A stretch of 63,708 nucleotides of DNA, filler included. It is 4 parts of 4 records of this genome, joined end to end, with 100 filler letters (N's around TTAATTAATTAA, not from the genome) between each part and the next. Parts side by side here need not be neighbours in the genome. Positions count along the whole stretch, not along the records: positions 1 to 28,234 come from SRR22947727_46; positions 28,335 to 41,095 come from SRR22947727_47; 2 more parts are not named here. The stretch is one strand, 5' to 3'. Each line of letters begins with the position of its first letter. Position 1 is the stretch's first letter. Positions 20,572 through 30,084 of this stretch are shown here, piece after piece. The notes beneath the pieces are model-generated. The model worked only from the letters and a program-made list of their open reading frames with translations, ran no database searches and had not been told where the DNA came from. A program made the position numbers and the translations under genes.

Positions 20572-22008
20572 ATGAACGCATATAGAAAAAAAGGTTTTTT
20601 AATTGGTGTATTTGTTTTTTTGATGCTGTTAATTCTGCCTATTCCAAACGGATTAAATGCTTCCGCATGGTCAGTTGCGGCTGTTGTAACATTAATGGCT
20701 ATTTGGTGGGCAACTGAAGCAATACCAGTTCCTGTTACAGCACTATTGCCATTAGCCTTATTTCCTTTGCTTGATGTAGTTTCCTTTAAAGAGGCTGCAT
20801 TGCCATATGCAAATCCAAATATTTATCTTTTTTTAGGGGGTTTTATGTTAGCTCTTGCTATTGAAAGATCTGGACTACATAAGCGTATGGCACTTCATAT
20901 GATTATTGCTTCTGGGTCAGATGGGTCAAAGCTGATCGGTGGTTTTATGATAGTTGCTGCGTTGATAAGTATGTTTGTAATGAACACATCTACAACATTA
21001 ATGCTTTTACCAATTGGCTTAGCTGTATGTTCTGTTGTAAGCACAACTATTCCTGGTATTAGCTCTTCTGAAACTAAATTTTTTGATACAGCTCTAATGC
21101 TTGGTATTGCTTATGCAGCTACCATTGGTGGGATGTCTACGCTGGTTGGAACTGCCCCAAATATCGTCTTTAGTGCCTTTATGCAAGAAACTTATAATGT
21201 TGAAATTTCAATGTCTGATTGGATGACATTAGGAGTTCCATTAGCTGTCATTATGCTTTTTTCTGCATGGATTGTTTTAACAAAATTTGTATTCCCAACC
21301 TCATTTGTTACAACTAATGAGACTAGAACCTATTTAAAAGAAATGCTCTTAGACTTGGGACCTCTTTCAAAAGATGAGATTAAAATTTCTATTATTTTTG
21401 CATTAACGGCACTTGCATGGATCACAAGATCTATTATAGATAACTATGAGATGCTTAGTGGATTAACTGATGCGGGAATAGCTATTATCTCTGCTATTTT
21501 ATTATTTATTATACCTTCATCCTCTCATAAGGGTGAGCTCTTAAATTGGGAAAAGAGCAATGAGCTGCCATGGGGCCTCTTAATTTTATTTGGAGGAGGG
21601 CTTTCTATTGCTGCTCAAATTAATTCAAGTGGTCTAGGGGTATGGATTGGAGAGAGCCTAAGTGTTTTGGGATCAGTTCCTCCAATATTCTTAATCTTAG
21701 CAGTAGCAGCATTGATTATTTTCTTAACTGAAATAACAAGCAATGTTGCAACTACCTCAACCTTTTTACCTGTTTTTGGAGCAGTTGCAGCAGGTATTGG
21801 AGTATTGCCAGTTTCGCTTACTGTTCCAGTGTGCTTGGCTGCAAGTTGTGCATTCATGCTACCGGTAGCAACTCCTCCAAATGCTATAGTTTATGGTTCT
21901 GGTAAATTTACAATAGCAACAATGATGAAAGCAGGATTTTTATTAAATATTATTGGTATCTTTGTAGTAACTTTGTTTGCTTACTTTATAGCTCCACAAG
22001 TTTTTTAA
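20572..22008 (+). CDS. DASS/SLC13-family sodium:anion (di/tricarboxylate or sulfate) symporter
   Basis: WWATEAIP, LFLGGF, GLHKR, GTAPN, WGLLILFGGG, TEITSNVAT, FMLPVATPPNAIV; multi-TM. Confidence 0.92.
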   Translation: MNAYRKKGFLIGVFVFLMLLILPIPNGLNASAWSVAAVVTLMAIWWATEAIPVPVTALLPLALFPLLDVVSFKEAALPYANPNIYLFLGGFMLALAIERSGLHKRMALHMIIASGSDGSKLIGGFMIVAALISMFVMNTSTTLMLLPIGLAVCSVVSTTIPGISSSETKFFDTALMLGIAYAATIGGMSTLVGTAPNIVFSAFMQETYNVEISMSDWMTLGVPLAVIMLFSAWIVLTKFVFPTSFVTTNETRTYLKEMLLDLGPLSKDEIKISIIFALTALAWITRSIIDNYEMLSGLTDAGIAIISAILLFIIPSSSHKGELLNWEKSNELPWGLLILFGGGLSIAAQINSSGLGVWIGESLSVLGSVPPIFLILAVAALIIFLTEITSNVATTSTFLPVFGAVAAGIGVLPVSLTVPVCLAASCAFMLPVATPPNAIVYGSGKFTIATMMKAGFLLNIIGIFVVTLFAYFIAPQVF

Positions 22009-23756
22009 TGCATGCTTTGAAATTTTGTCTAATATTTTTTCTTTGTTTATTAGTTGAATCTAGAAGTTATATAGATTACGAGTCACCTTATCATCCAGTC
22101 GTTGGAACAGAAGGCATGGTTGTTACTCAAAACTATTTATCATCTGAAATTGGAATTGAAATTTTAAATAAAGGAGGAAATGCAATTGATGCTGCTGTAG
22201 CCGTTGGTTTTTCCCTAGCAGCTACTCTTCCAAGAGCAGGTAACTTAGGCGGTGGTGGCTTCATGCTAGTTTACATTAAAAAAAATGATGAAATTTTTTT
22301 TATAGATTATCGCAGCTCATCTCCTCTTAACTCAAATTTAGAAAATATATTCAATCTGATAACTGATACAAATACTAAATTAGAATTATTGCCAAATAGT
22401 TTTGATAAAAATAAGTATGAACTTGTTAATACTGGTTACAAAGCGCCTGCAGTACCAGGAACTGTTGCAGGTTTGCTTGAAGCACATAAACAATTTGGAA
22501 AACTTACACTAGAAGAAATTTTACAACCTGTTATCAAGCAAGCGACTAATGGAGTCCCAGTTACCTATGATTTACATAAAGCAATTGAAAGCACTCCTAG
22601 ATTAAAATCTGATCATGAATCAAGAAAAATTTACTTTAAAGATAACAAACCATTAAGAGAAAGTTCAATTTTTATAGTACCTGGTTTGGCAAAAACAATT
22701 TCTTTAATTGCTAAAAATGGTAGAGATGGTTTTTATAAAGGTGAAACCGCAGATAAGATTATTACAGCAATGAATAATAATGGCGGATTATTTTCAGAGA
22801 AGGATTTAATAAATTATAAACCCTATACAAGAAAGCCAATCTCAGTAAATTATCGAGGTAATAAAGTTTATACAGCCGGACCACCTTCTGGAGGTGGTAT
22901 TACTCTTTTAACAGCCTTAAGAATTTTAGAACAATTTGATTTATCTAAACATGAAAGCAATTCAAGTACGACATATCATCTTATTTCAGAGGCAATCAGA
23001 AGAGGTCATAATAATAGATCTAGTGAAGTTGGTGACCCACTTTTTTACAATGTACCTGTAAACGAATTGCTCTCTAAAGACAGAATAAAGGAGTTATCTC
23101 AAAGCATCAGCTTAAAGAAAGCTAGCAAAGCTTCAATAATCAAACCTCTTAAGGTTATTAATGAAAGTAGAGATACAACTCACTACTCTATAATAGATTC
23201 TGATGGTAATGCTGTATCTAATACTTATACTCTTGGTGCATCATTTGGTTCAGGTGTAACAATTCCCGACACTGGTATTTTAATGAATAATCAAATGAAT
23301 AATTTAGTATATCAATCAGGAGATGTTACAAAAGTAGGGAGGAGGGTGAGTCCAGGAAATAAATTTCAACCCGGTAAAAGACCTATGAGCACTATGGCAC
23401 CTGTAATGGTGTTTAATAAAAATAATCAATTATCTTTAATCACCGGCTCCCCTGGTGGTTCTTACATACCTGCTGCTATATTAAGAGTAGTTTCTGGTGT
23501 AATTGATTTTAATTTGCAGATAGGCGACGCGACAATGCTACCGAGAGTTCATAAGGATTGGCCATATATTGGGCTAGATTATGAAAAAGCTATTAGCTCA
23601 GATGTTTTGTTCAAATTAAATAAAATTGGTCATAAAACAGAGGCAAACAAGACAATGGGAAGTACCCAAAGTATTCATATTGTTGACGAGATAAGATATG
23701 GTTTTGCTGATTTAAGAAGGCCAAATTCTGGTGTTGTAAAGCAACTTAATAATTAA
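22008..23756 (+). CDS. Gamma-glutamyltransferase-family Ntn amidohydrolase with an atypical donor site
   Basis: GGNAIDAAVA, GGGGFM, DYR, VPGTVAG, PPSGGG, autocleavage TTHYS (Thr390), GSPGG, DLRR; hydrophobic N-terminus. Alpha-amino-binding residues are substituted (see findings), so ggt is not assigned. Confidence 0.9.
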   Translation: MHALKFCLIFFLCLLVESRSYIDYESPYHPVVGTEGMVVTQNYLSSEIGIEILNKGGNAIDAAVAVGFSLAATLPRAGNLGGGGFMLVYIKKNDEIFFIDYRSSSPLNSNLENIFNLITDTNTKLELLPNSFDKNKYELVNTGYKAPAVPGTVAGLLEAHKQFGKLTLEEILQPVIKQATNGVPVTYDLHKAIESTPRLKSDHESRKIYFKDNKPLRESSIFIVPGLAKTISLIAKNGRDGFYKGETADKIITAMNNNGGLFSEKDLINYKPYTRKPISVNYRGNKVYTAGPPSGGGITLLTALRILEQFDLSKHESNSSTTYHLISEAIRRGHNNRSSEVGDPLFYNVPVNELLSKDRIKELSQSISLKKASKASIIKPLKVINESRDTTHYSIIDSDGNAVSNTYTLGASFGSGVTIPDTGILMNNQMNNLVYQSGDVTKVGRRVSPGNKFQPGKRPMSTMAPVMVFNKNNQLSLITGSPGGSYIPAAILRVVSGVIDFNLQIGDATMLPRVHKDWPYIGLDYEKAISSDVLFKLNKIGHKTEANKTMGSTQSIHIVDEIRYGFADLRRPNSGVVKQLNN

Positions 23757-23757
23757 T

Positions 23758-24546
23758 TTAGGTTTCTATTTCGTTCAAAGGCATTGCTGCAATATTGAAT
23801 CCTGCGTCAACATAAGTAATTTCACCTGTAATGCCACTTGCATAATCAGAGCATAAAAATGCTGCAGTGTTTCCAACTTCCTCTGTTGTTACTGTTCTAC
23901 CTAAAGGTGCTCTATCTGAATGCTGGGAAAGCATCTTTCTAAAATTTTTAACTCCTGATGCAGCAAGAGTTTTTATTGGTCCGGCTGATATAGCATTTAC
24001 TCTAACTCCATCTCTGCCCATAGATGCAGCTAAAAATCTTGTATTAGCCTCTAAACTTGCTTTTGCTAGCCCCATAACGTTGTAGTTCGGCATTGTCTGA
24101 ACAGAGCCTAAATAAGATAATGTTAAAAGAGCAGAAGATTCATTTAATAAAGGCTTTGCTGCTTTAGCTAATGCAGTAAAACTATATGAGCTTATTTCGT
24201 GAGCAGTATTAAAACCTTCCCTTGTTGTTACATCTACAAAATTACCCTCTAACTGATCAGCTGGAGCAAAACCAATCGAATGAACCAAACCATCAAACGT
24301 TACCCAATTTTGTTGAACAAATTCAAAGCATTTAGATATTGATTGATCGTTGGCGACATCACACTCAATTAAAAGCTCAATACCAAGATCATCAGCTATG
24401 GGTTTAATATTTTTTAAAAGTCTTTCATTTTGATAGGCAAGAGCAATAGTTGCTCCTTGAGCAATCATACTCTTTGCTATACCAGCTGCAATTGAATATT
24501 TATTAGCAAGACCAAAGATAATAATTTTTTTATTTTTTAATAACAT
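23758..24546 (-). CDS. fabI: Enoyl-ACP reductase FabI
   Basis: GLANKYSIA, VHSIGFAP, YNVMGLAKASLE, NAISAGPIKTLAA. Start taken at ATG 24546. Confidence 0.96.
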   Translation of the reverse strand: MLLKNKKIIIFGLANKYSIAAGIAKSMIAQGATIALAYQNERLLKNIKPIADDLGIELLIECDVANDQSISKCFEFVQQNWVTFDGLVHSIGFAPADQLEGNFVDVTTREGFNTAHEISSYSFTALAKAAKPLLNESSALLTLSYLGSVQTMPNYNVMGLAKASLEANTRFLAASMGRDGVRVNAISAGPIKTLAASGVKNFRKMLSQHSDRAPLGRTVTTEEVGNTAAFLCSDYASGITGEITYVDAGFNIAAMPLNEIET

Positions 24547-24697
24547 TTTTTTGATTATTTTTATTTTATATACCAATTATATACCCATGAATAATAAAAA
24601 CTAATTCTTTAATTTAATTGACAAAAATAACCTTTATGGAACAAAATAAATGAAAACAGATATAATTTCTGTATACAAAATTTCATAGGGGAAAATT

Positions 24698-27600
24698 ATG
24701 AAAAATAAAATGAATAAAATTTTTGCATTGGTGCTTTTTTCTTCAGTAATGTTTGCGCAAGATGTTGAGGAAGTGGTAGAGGAAAATGCGGCTGATGAAA
24801 ATATCGAAGAGGTTGTAACAACTGGTTCAAGGATTGCCAGAGATCCGTTAGAGTCGGCACAACCAATCACAATATTAGAAGGCGATATGATTAGGAATAT
24901 GGGTCTAACAGCAGCTTCTGCTTTAACAGACCTTCCTGAGATTGACTCAGTAGCCTCAATTTCTGGTGATCAATCATCATTAGGGGCTGGACAATCTGTT
25001 GCATCAAATTTTGGTCTTAATTCCTCTAGAACTGTTACTTTGGTAAACGGAAGAAGATTTGTAGGATCATCTGGAATATCTTCAGGTGGTGGATCAGGTG
25101 GTGCTGTTAACTTAGCTAATGTTCCAACAGCTCTAATTGAAAGAATAGAGGTTGTGCCAGTTGGTGGTGCAGCTATTTACGGTGCTGACGCTATTGCTGG
25201 TGTGGTTAACTATGTACTAAAAGATGATTTTGAAGGTGCCGAGTTAATGATTGATAGATATGACTATAACGGTCTTGAAGATGATCTTGGTTTTGATTTA
25301 ACAATAGGTGGAAACTTTGCTGATGGCAGAGGAAATATTATTTTGAATGCTGCCATTGAAAGCAGGGATACAGTTCATGTGGAACAAGCAAATAGCAGAT
25401 ATAAAGATTGTCTACATGGTGGCTTTTACAAACTTGCTGCTGATACTGGGCAATCACAATTCTTTGGTTATGGTGATTATTACCCACAAGAAGTTGAGGC
25501 AACGAGAGGAGCTGAGTATCAAAACGAGGATGGTTGGCTGCCAATGGGTGTAGATGGTCATATGTGTAGCACACTAACATCTAATCCTGTTGAAGGTCTT
25601 GTTGCTGCGTATGGAGATAATGAAATTGGATCTGTTGGTGCATTCTGGAATGGAAACTTAAATGGTTCTGGAACTGCTCCAGCATGGTATAGATGGGGAG
25701 CACCTGGTCAGCTTGTACCATTTTTCCCCGGGACTCCTACAGAAACCACGGGTGCCTACTATACTGTTGGAGCTGATATTAAGAGAATTAATACCGACAA
25801 TATATTAAGAGCAGGTTATGAGAAGAAAAATATTTCAGTTTTCTTAAAATATGATATCAATGATAATACAGAATTTTTCTTTGATGTTTATCAAAATAAT
25901 TATTATGCAAGTGATACTGGTGAAGATTCTGGAGCTCATTATTCAGATTACTGGTTTGGTACTGCAGACAGTGATAATTGTACCTCTGATGGAGATGCAG
26001 CTGCATGGTCTATCAAAGATACTAATTGTTGGTCTTCATCTACTTCAATACCTGTTTTTACAGATGATCCTTTTTTAACTGCAGACTCTGTTGCAATTCT
26101 TGAGGCTGAAGGATTTGGTCCTAAGTATGGTGCTAATGGAGCATTGTGTGATGGAGAGCCATGTGGAACTCCAGCAATGATGCAAAAACTTTGGAAAGAT
26201 TTATCACCAGGTGGAAGAGGCGATCAATTTGAAGATAGAGCTAAAACTCAGTTTTATTCAATGGGCTTAACTGGTAATTTTGATATGTTTGATAAGAACT
26301 ATTCATACGAAGTTGGTTATAGTGAAGGTGAAACAAGAACTGATTCAACCTCTCCTGCAATCATTGCTGCAAGATTTATGGCTGCATTAGATTATAAAAT
26401 TAATCCAGATACAGGAGAAATTGATTGTAGATATAATTTTGATAATACTGTTGATTTACCCGCTTATATAGTTCCAGGTGGAGATTACTCCAATCTTGGT
26501 GGCGGTGTTGGCCTGGGTGCTACAGGTAGTTGTGTTCCATTAAATCCATGGGGTTATGACGTTGCAGCTAATGCAGATGCTTTAGATTATATGTCATCTT
26601 ATGGAAAAGAAGGAGCAACAATAACTCAGGAATCTACTTTTGCTTCAATGGCAGGAACTCTTGTTGATTTGCCTGCAGGACCATTAGAGTTTGTTGTTGG
26701 TTTTGACAACCGTAAAGAAGCTGCTAAATATGAAGCTGACCAACTTACTAAGTTTTATGTTGGCTTAAGAGGATCTGCTGTTTTAGATGGAAGTGGTGAG
26801 TATGAAGTGGAATCTCAATATTTTGAAATATCTGTTCCTGTTATATCAGGTATTCCTTATGTTCAAGATTTAAGGTTCGACTATGGTTATCGTGAAATTG
26901 ATAATAAAAACTCAGTTGGTTCAAGGTCATATGATGTTAGTGCTTTGAGTGTATTTTGGAGAGTTAATGATCAGCTTGCAGTAAGAGCTTCAGATCAAAC
27001 AACAACTAAGGCTCCAACAATTGATCAGCTTTTTGCGCCACTTAACCCAAGTTTTGAGCAAGCTAATGATCCTTGTGATGCAAGATATATTACCGATGGT
27101 GATAATCCTGCAAACAGAGCAGCAAATTGTGCTGCAGCAGGAATTACACAACCATTTTCTAGTTTTGTAGCTGGTGGAACGGTACAAGGTAAAGACGGTG
27201 GTAATAGATTCTTAGTTGATGAGAATGCAGAGACTTTCTCTTTAGGAGTTGTATATACGCCTAATTTCGATTTCATGGATCGTGTTGGTAATGTCTCTTT
27301 AACAGCTGATTATGTTGAAATCAACCTTAAAGATTACGTAACTACTTTTGATCTAGAAGACTTTATGGTTGCTTGTTATGATGCCGCAACTTATCCAAAT
27401 ACTTTTTGTAATAATTTTGAAAGATCTTCAGATGGCAATGTTATAGACTTTGAAACTGGTCCTGGTAACTCAGGTATCATTGACTTTGCAACCTATATTT
27501 ATAAATTAAATTGGAACAAAGAATATAGCTTTGGAGAATTATCTCTTAACTGGAGAGCAATGCAGCAAAAAGAAAGACTTGAAGCTGATTCAGGGGATCC

Positions 27601-27973
27601 TGCTGATTTAATAGATTCAACAGGTGATGCATCTAACCCAGAATGGACTCAAGATTTAACTCTTGGCTATTCTAAGGGTAAGCATTATGCATACTATAAA
27701 GCTGATTTTGTAGCTAGTGGATATATTGATAAAGTTGAAACTGATACTAGAGCAGATAAATACTTAGATAGAGCTGGCAATCCAATAACTGAATATGATG
27801 GATATTGGTTTGATACTGTTGGCTATGTATATGAGCATAATGATAATCTTCAATTTATAGTAAAAGTTAATAACCCTCTTGACCATGATGGTAGCGAAAG
27901 TAGGTACCAAGAAGAGAGAGCAGTTAGGTTACTTGGAAGAAGTATAACGACTTCTCTATATTATAAATTCTAA
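24698..27973 (+). CDS. TonB-dependent receptor (large, Cys-rich loops)
   Basis: Signal peptide, TonB box EEVVTTGSRI, RTVTLVNGRR, IERIEVVPVGGAAIYGADAIAGVVN, DPC...NC motif, C-terminal YKF. Confidence 0.93.
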   Translation: MKNKMNKIFALVLFSSVMFAQDVEEVVEENAADENIEEVVTTGSRIARDPLESAQPITILEGDMIRNMGLTAASALTDLPEIDSVASISGDQSSLGAGQSVASNFGLNSSRTVTLVNGRRFVGSSGISSGGGSGGAVNLANVPTALIERIEVVPVGGAAIYGADAIAGVVNYVLKDDFEGAELMIDRYDYNGLEDDLGFDLTIGGNFADGRGNIILNAAIESRDTVHVEQANSRYKDCLHGGFYKLAADTGQSQFFGYGDYYPQEVEATRGAEYQNEDGWLPMGVDGHMCSTLTSNPVEGLVAAYGDNEIGSVGAFWNGNLNGSGTAPAWYRWGAPGQLVPFFPGTPTETTGAYYTVGADIKRINTDNILRAGYEKKNISVFLKYDINDNTEFFFDVYQNNYYASDTGEDSGAHYSDYWFGTADSDNCTSDGDAAAWSIKDTNCWSSSTSIPVFTDDPFLTADSVAILEAEGFGPKYGANGALCDGEPCGTPAMMQKLWKDLSPGGRGDQFEDRAKTQFYSMGLTGNFDMFDKNYSYEVGYSEGETRTDSTSPAIIAARFMAALDYKINPDTGEIDCRYNFDNTVDLPAYIVPGGDYSNLGGGVGLGATGSCVPLNPWGYDVAANADALDYMSSYGKEGATITQESTFASMAGTLVDLPAGPLEFVVGFDNRKEAAKYEADQLTKFYVGLRGSAVLDGSGEYEVESQYFEISVPVISGIPYVQDLRFDYGYREIDNKNSVGSRSYDVSALSVFWRVNDQLAVRASDQTTTKAPTIDQLFAPLNPSFEQANDPCDARYITDGDNPANRAANCAAAGITQPFSSFVAGGTVQGKDGGNRFLVDENAETFSLGVVYTPNFDFMDRVGNVSLTADYVEINLKDYVTTFDLEDFMVACYDAATYPNTFCNNFERSSDGNVIDFETGPGNSGIIDFATYIYKLNWNKEYSFGELSLNWRAMQQKERLEADSGDPADLIDSTGDASNPEWTQDLTLGYSKGKHYAYYKADFVASGYIDKVETDTRADKYLDRAGNPITEYDGYWFDTVGYVYEHNDNLQFIVKVNNPLDHDGSESRYQEERAVRLLGRSITTSLYYKF

Positions 27974-27989
27974 GATAATAATAAACTTT

Positions 27990-28017
27990 AAGGGAGGCAA
28001 TAGCCTCCCTTTTTTTT
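27990..28017 (+). terminator. Rho-independent terminator
   Basis: AAGGGAGGC-AATA-GCCTCCCTT followed by a T-tract. Confidence 0.9.
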
Positions 28018-28204
28018 AAACGTACATGTTAAAAAAATGCTAAAAAAATTTAAAATCTATATACATAGATTAATAATTGCAATAGGCTCAAAAATATTCA
28101 TACGCTTAATGAATATTTATGTAAAAAAACAGGCAAAAAAATAAATATTATTTATACCTATTATCAATCTGTAGTTTTTTTATTTTTTTGTTAAAATTAA
28201 TCAA

Positions 28205-28234
28205 TTTTTTTAAATAAAGTGTTGACATGAATTT
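28205..28234 (+). promoter_or_regulatory. Consensus -35 box with AT-rich UP-like element at the contig end (downstream gene missing)
   Basis: TTTTTTTAAATAAAGTG then TTGACA (28222-28227); the -10 would fall in the N gap. Confidence 0.35.
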
Positions 28235-28334
28235 NNNNNNNNNNNNNNNNNNNNNNNNNNNNNNNNNNNNNNNNNNNNTTAATTAATTAANNNNNNNNNN
28301 NNNNNNNNNNNNNNNNNNNNNNNNNNNNNNNNNN
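28235..28334. other. Artificial contig linker
   Basis: N44-TTAATTAATTAA-N44; the 12-mer gives stop codons in all six frames; identical structure three times. Confidence 0.97.
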
Positions 28335-28335
28335 A

Positions 28336-30036
28336 TCGTTTTTTGGCAATAGTCAAACTTTAAATGAAGAAACCTCTGCTCTTTTAGATTCACTTAATAA
28401 ATACAAGTTTTTAAATTCTAGTAAAGCTCTTAATTATGGTCTTCAAGCTTTAGAAATAAATGATCCAGGTGCTATTTCACAAGATATAACAGATATTAAT
28501 GTAGCAATAGGAGAAGTACTTTTTTATCAAAATAACTTCGCTAAATCAATTGAATACTATATAGCTGCATTAAACATGCATAATCTTTTGCCTATAAAGG
28601 ATAGACTTCATAAATATGTAAATGAACCACCTTGGATACTAGTTGCTTTAGGAAACCTATATTATAAAATTGAAAGATTTGAAATTGCAGAAAAGAAATA
28701 TTTAGAAGCAATAGATAATTTCAATCTACTTGAAGAAGAATTTTCAATAGACAAAACCAATGGATTAAGTACTAGCAAAACCAATATAGCCTTGATTTAT
28801 TCAACTAAAGGAGATGTTCAGAAAGCTGAATCACAATATAAGGATGTATTAGAATTAAGAAAAAAAAATAATAATGCAGCATTTATTATTTATCAATACA
28901 TGGAATTGATGCGGTTTTATTACAAGTATAACATGACTGAAAAAGGAGATGATTTATATGATTTAGCAACTTCGTTATATAAAGAATCAATAGATATTGA
29001 AAAAGGAGATCGTCTTAAAGAAGTTAAAATATGGTACTCATATGTACTGTCAGTTTATGGATCTAACTTGTTAAAATTAAAAAAAATCAAAGAGGCGTTA
29101 ATTAGTTTAAATGAATCAAAAAAAATTACTGTAGCTCAAAATCATAATACTACAGTTTTACCTGATGTAGATTTGGAAATCGCTAAATGCTACTATGAAT
29201 TACAATCTTATAATAAAGCAGAAAATGTACTTTTAAAAGCTTTAAATTCTAATATTGTGCTTTTAGAACCTAATAATTCTAATCCTGACAAGAAAAAACT
29301 TGAAAAACTAATTTTCTTATCTAAAATTTATAATATTCAAGGTAAAAAAACAGAAATAATAAAAGTCAAAGATTCAATTATAAAAAACTATCAAAAACAA
29401 GATGATTATGATTTTAATATTATTGAAAATAGACTTGTTTTGTATGAGAAAGAAAAAGAAATAAATAAAAATAAATTAGAAAAAACTAGATTAACTTATA
29501 CCACATACATCGGGTTACTAAGCTTTATAATAATTATAATTGCTTTTTTTGCTAGATTTAAATTTCAAAGAGAAAGAAATTCTAGACTTGAACTTGAAAA
29601 AAATGAAGTCTCACTCAAACTAGAATCAAAAAACAGAGAGTTAGTAAGTAAAGCCAATTTCATTCTTCAAAGAAATGAATATTTAAAAAATATAATATCA
29701 AAATTGAATAAAAGTGAAGTAAACGAACAATCGTTTAGAAGAGTAAAAAAAGAAGTTTCTGAACTAATAAGCTCTGAAAAATCCTACGAAGAGTTTGACA
29801 AAATATTCACTAATGTTTATCCGAAATTTTATAAAATTTTAAATGATAAACATAATCTATCTCAAACTTATTTAAGACTGGCAGCTTATATTAGAATGAA
29901 TCAAAGTAATAACGAGATTGCTAAAATATGTGGCGTATCAATTCGAACAGTTGAAACTCAGAGATATAGATTATCAAAACTACTTAAGCTTGATAAGAAT
30001 GAAAATTTAAACTCATATATACACAAAATAAATTAA
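28336..30036 (+). CDS. TPR-repeat / transmembrane / LuxR-type HTH regulator (5'-truncated)
   Basis: Frame is open from the contig edge (SFFGNSQTL...). TPR-like helices, one TM (YIGLLSFIIIIIAFF), coiled coil, C-terminal HTH NNEIAKICGVSIRTVETQRYRL typical of Bacteroidetes. Confidence 0.82.
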   Translation, partial: SFFGNSQTLNEETSALLDSLNKYKFLNSSKALNYGLQALEINDPGAISQDITDINVAIGEVLFYQNNFAKSIEYYIAALNMHNLLPIKDRLHKYVNEPPWILVALGNLYYKIERFEIAEKKYLEAIDNFNLLEEEFSIDKTNGLSTSKTNIALIYSTKGDVQKAESQYKDVLELRKKNNNAAFIIYQYMELMRFYYKYNMTEKGDDLYDLATSLYKESIDIEKGDRLKEVKIWYSYVLSVYGSNLLKLKKIKEALISLNESKKITVAQNHNTTVLPDVDLEIAKCYYELQSYNKAENVLLKALNSNIVLLEPNNSNPDKKKLEKLIFLSKIYNIQGKKTEIIKVKDSIIKNYQKQDDYDFNIIENRLVLYEKEKEINKNKLEKTRLTYTTYIGLLSFIIIIIAFFARFKFQRERNSRLELEKNEVSLKLESKNRELVSKANFILQRNEYLKNIISKLNKSEVNEQSFRRVKKEVSELISSEKSYEEFDKIFTNVYPKFYKILNDKHNLSQTYLRLAAYIRMNQSNNEIAKICGVSIRTVETQRYRLSKLLKLDKNENLNSYIHKIN

Positions 30037-30084
30037 GCACAAATGGATGCCGTTTTGTTTGTTCTTTAATCATTATATTTAAAT

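Noticed and set aside
22008-23756. Plain glutathione hydrolase annotation linked to gloB
   Set aside because: Amino-binding residues are substituted, and gloB is a syntenic core gene about 8 kb away.
28279-28290. TTAATTAATTAA palindrome recurring three times (also 41140-41151, 55814-55825) as a biological repeat or recombination site
   Set aside because: Always embedded in exactly N44 on both sides; it is a synthetic all-frame-stop spacer.
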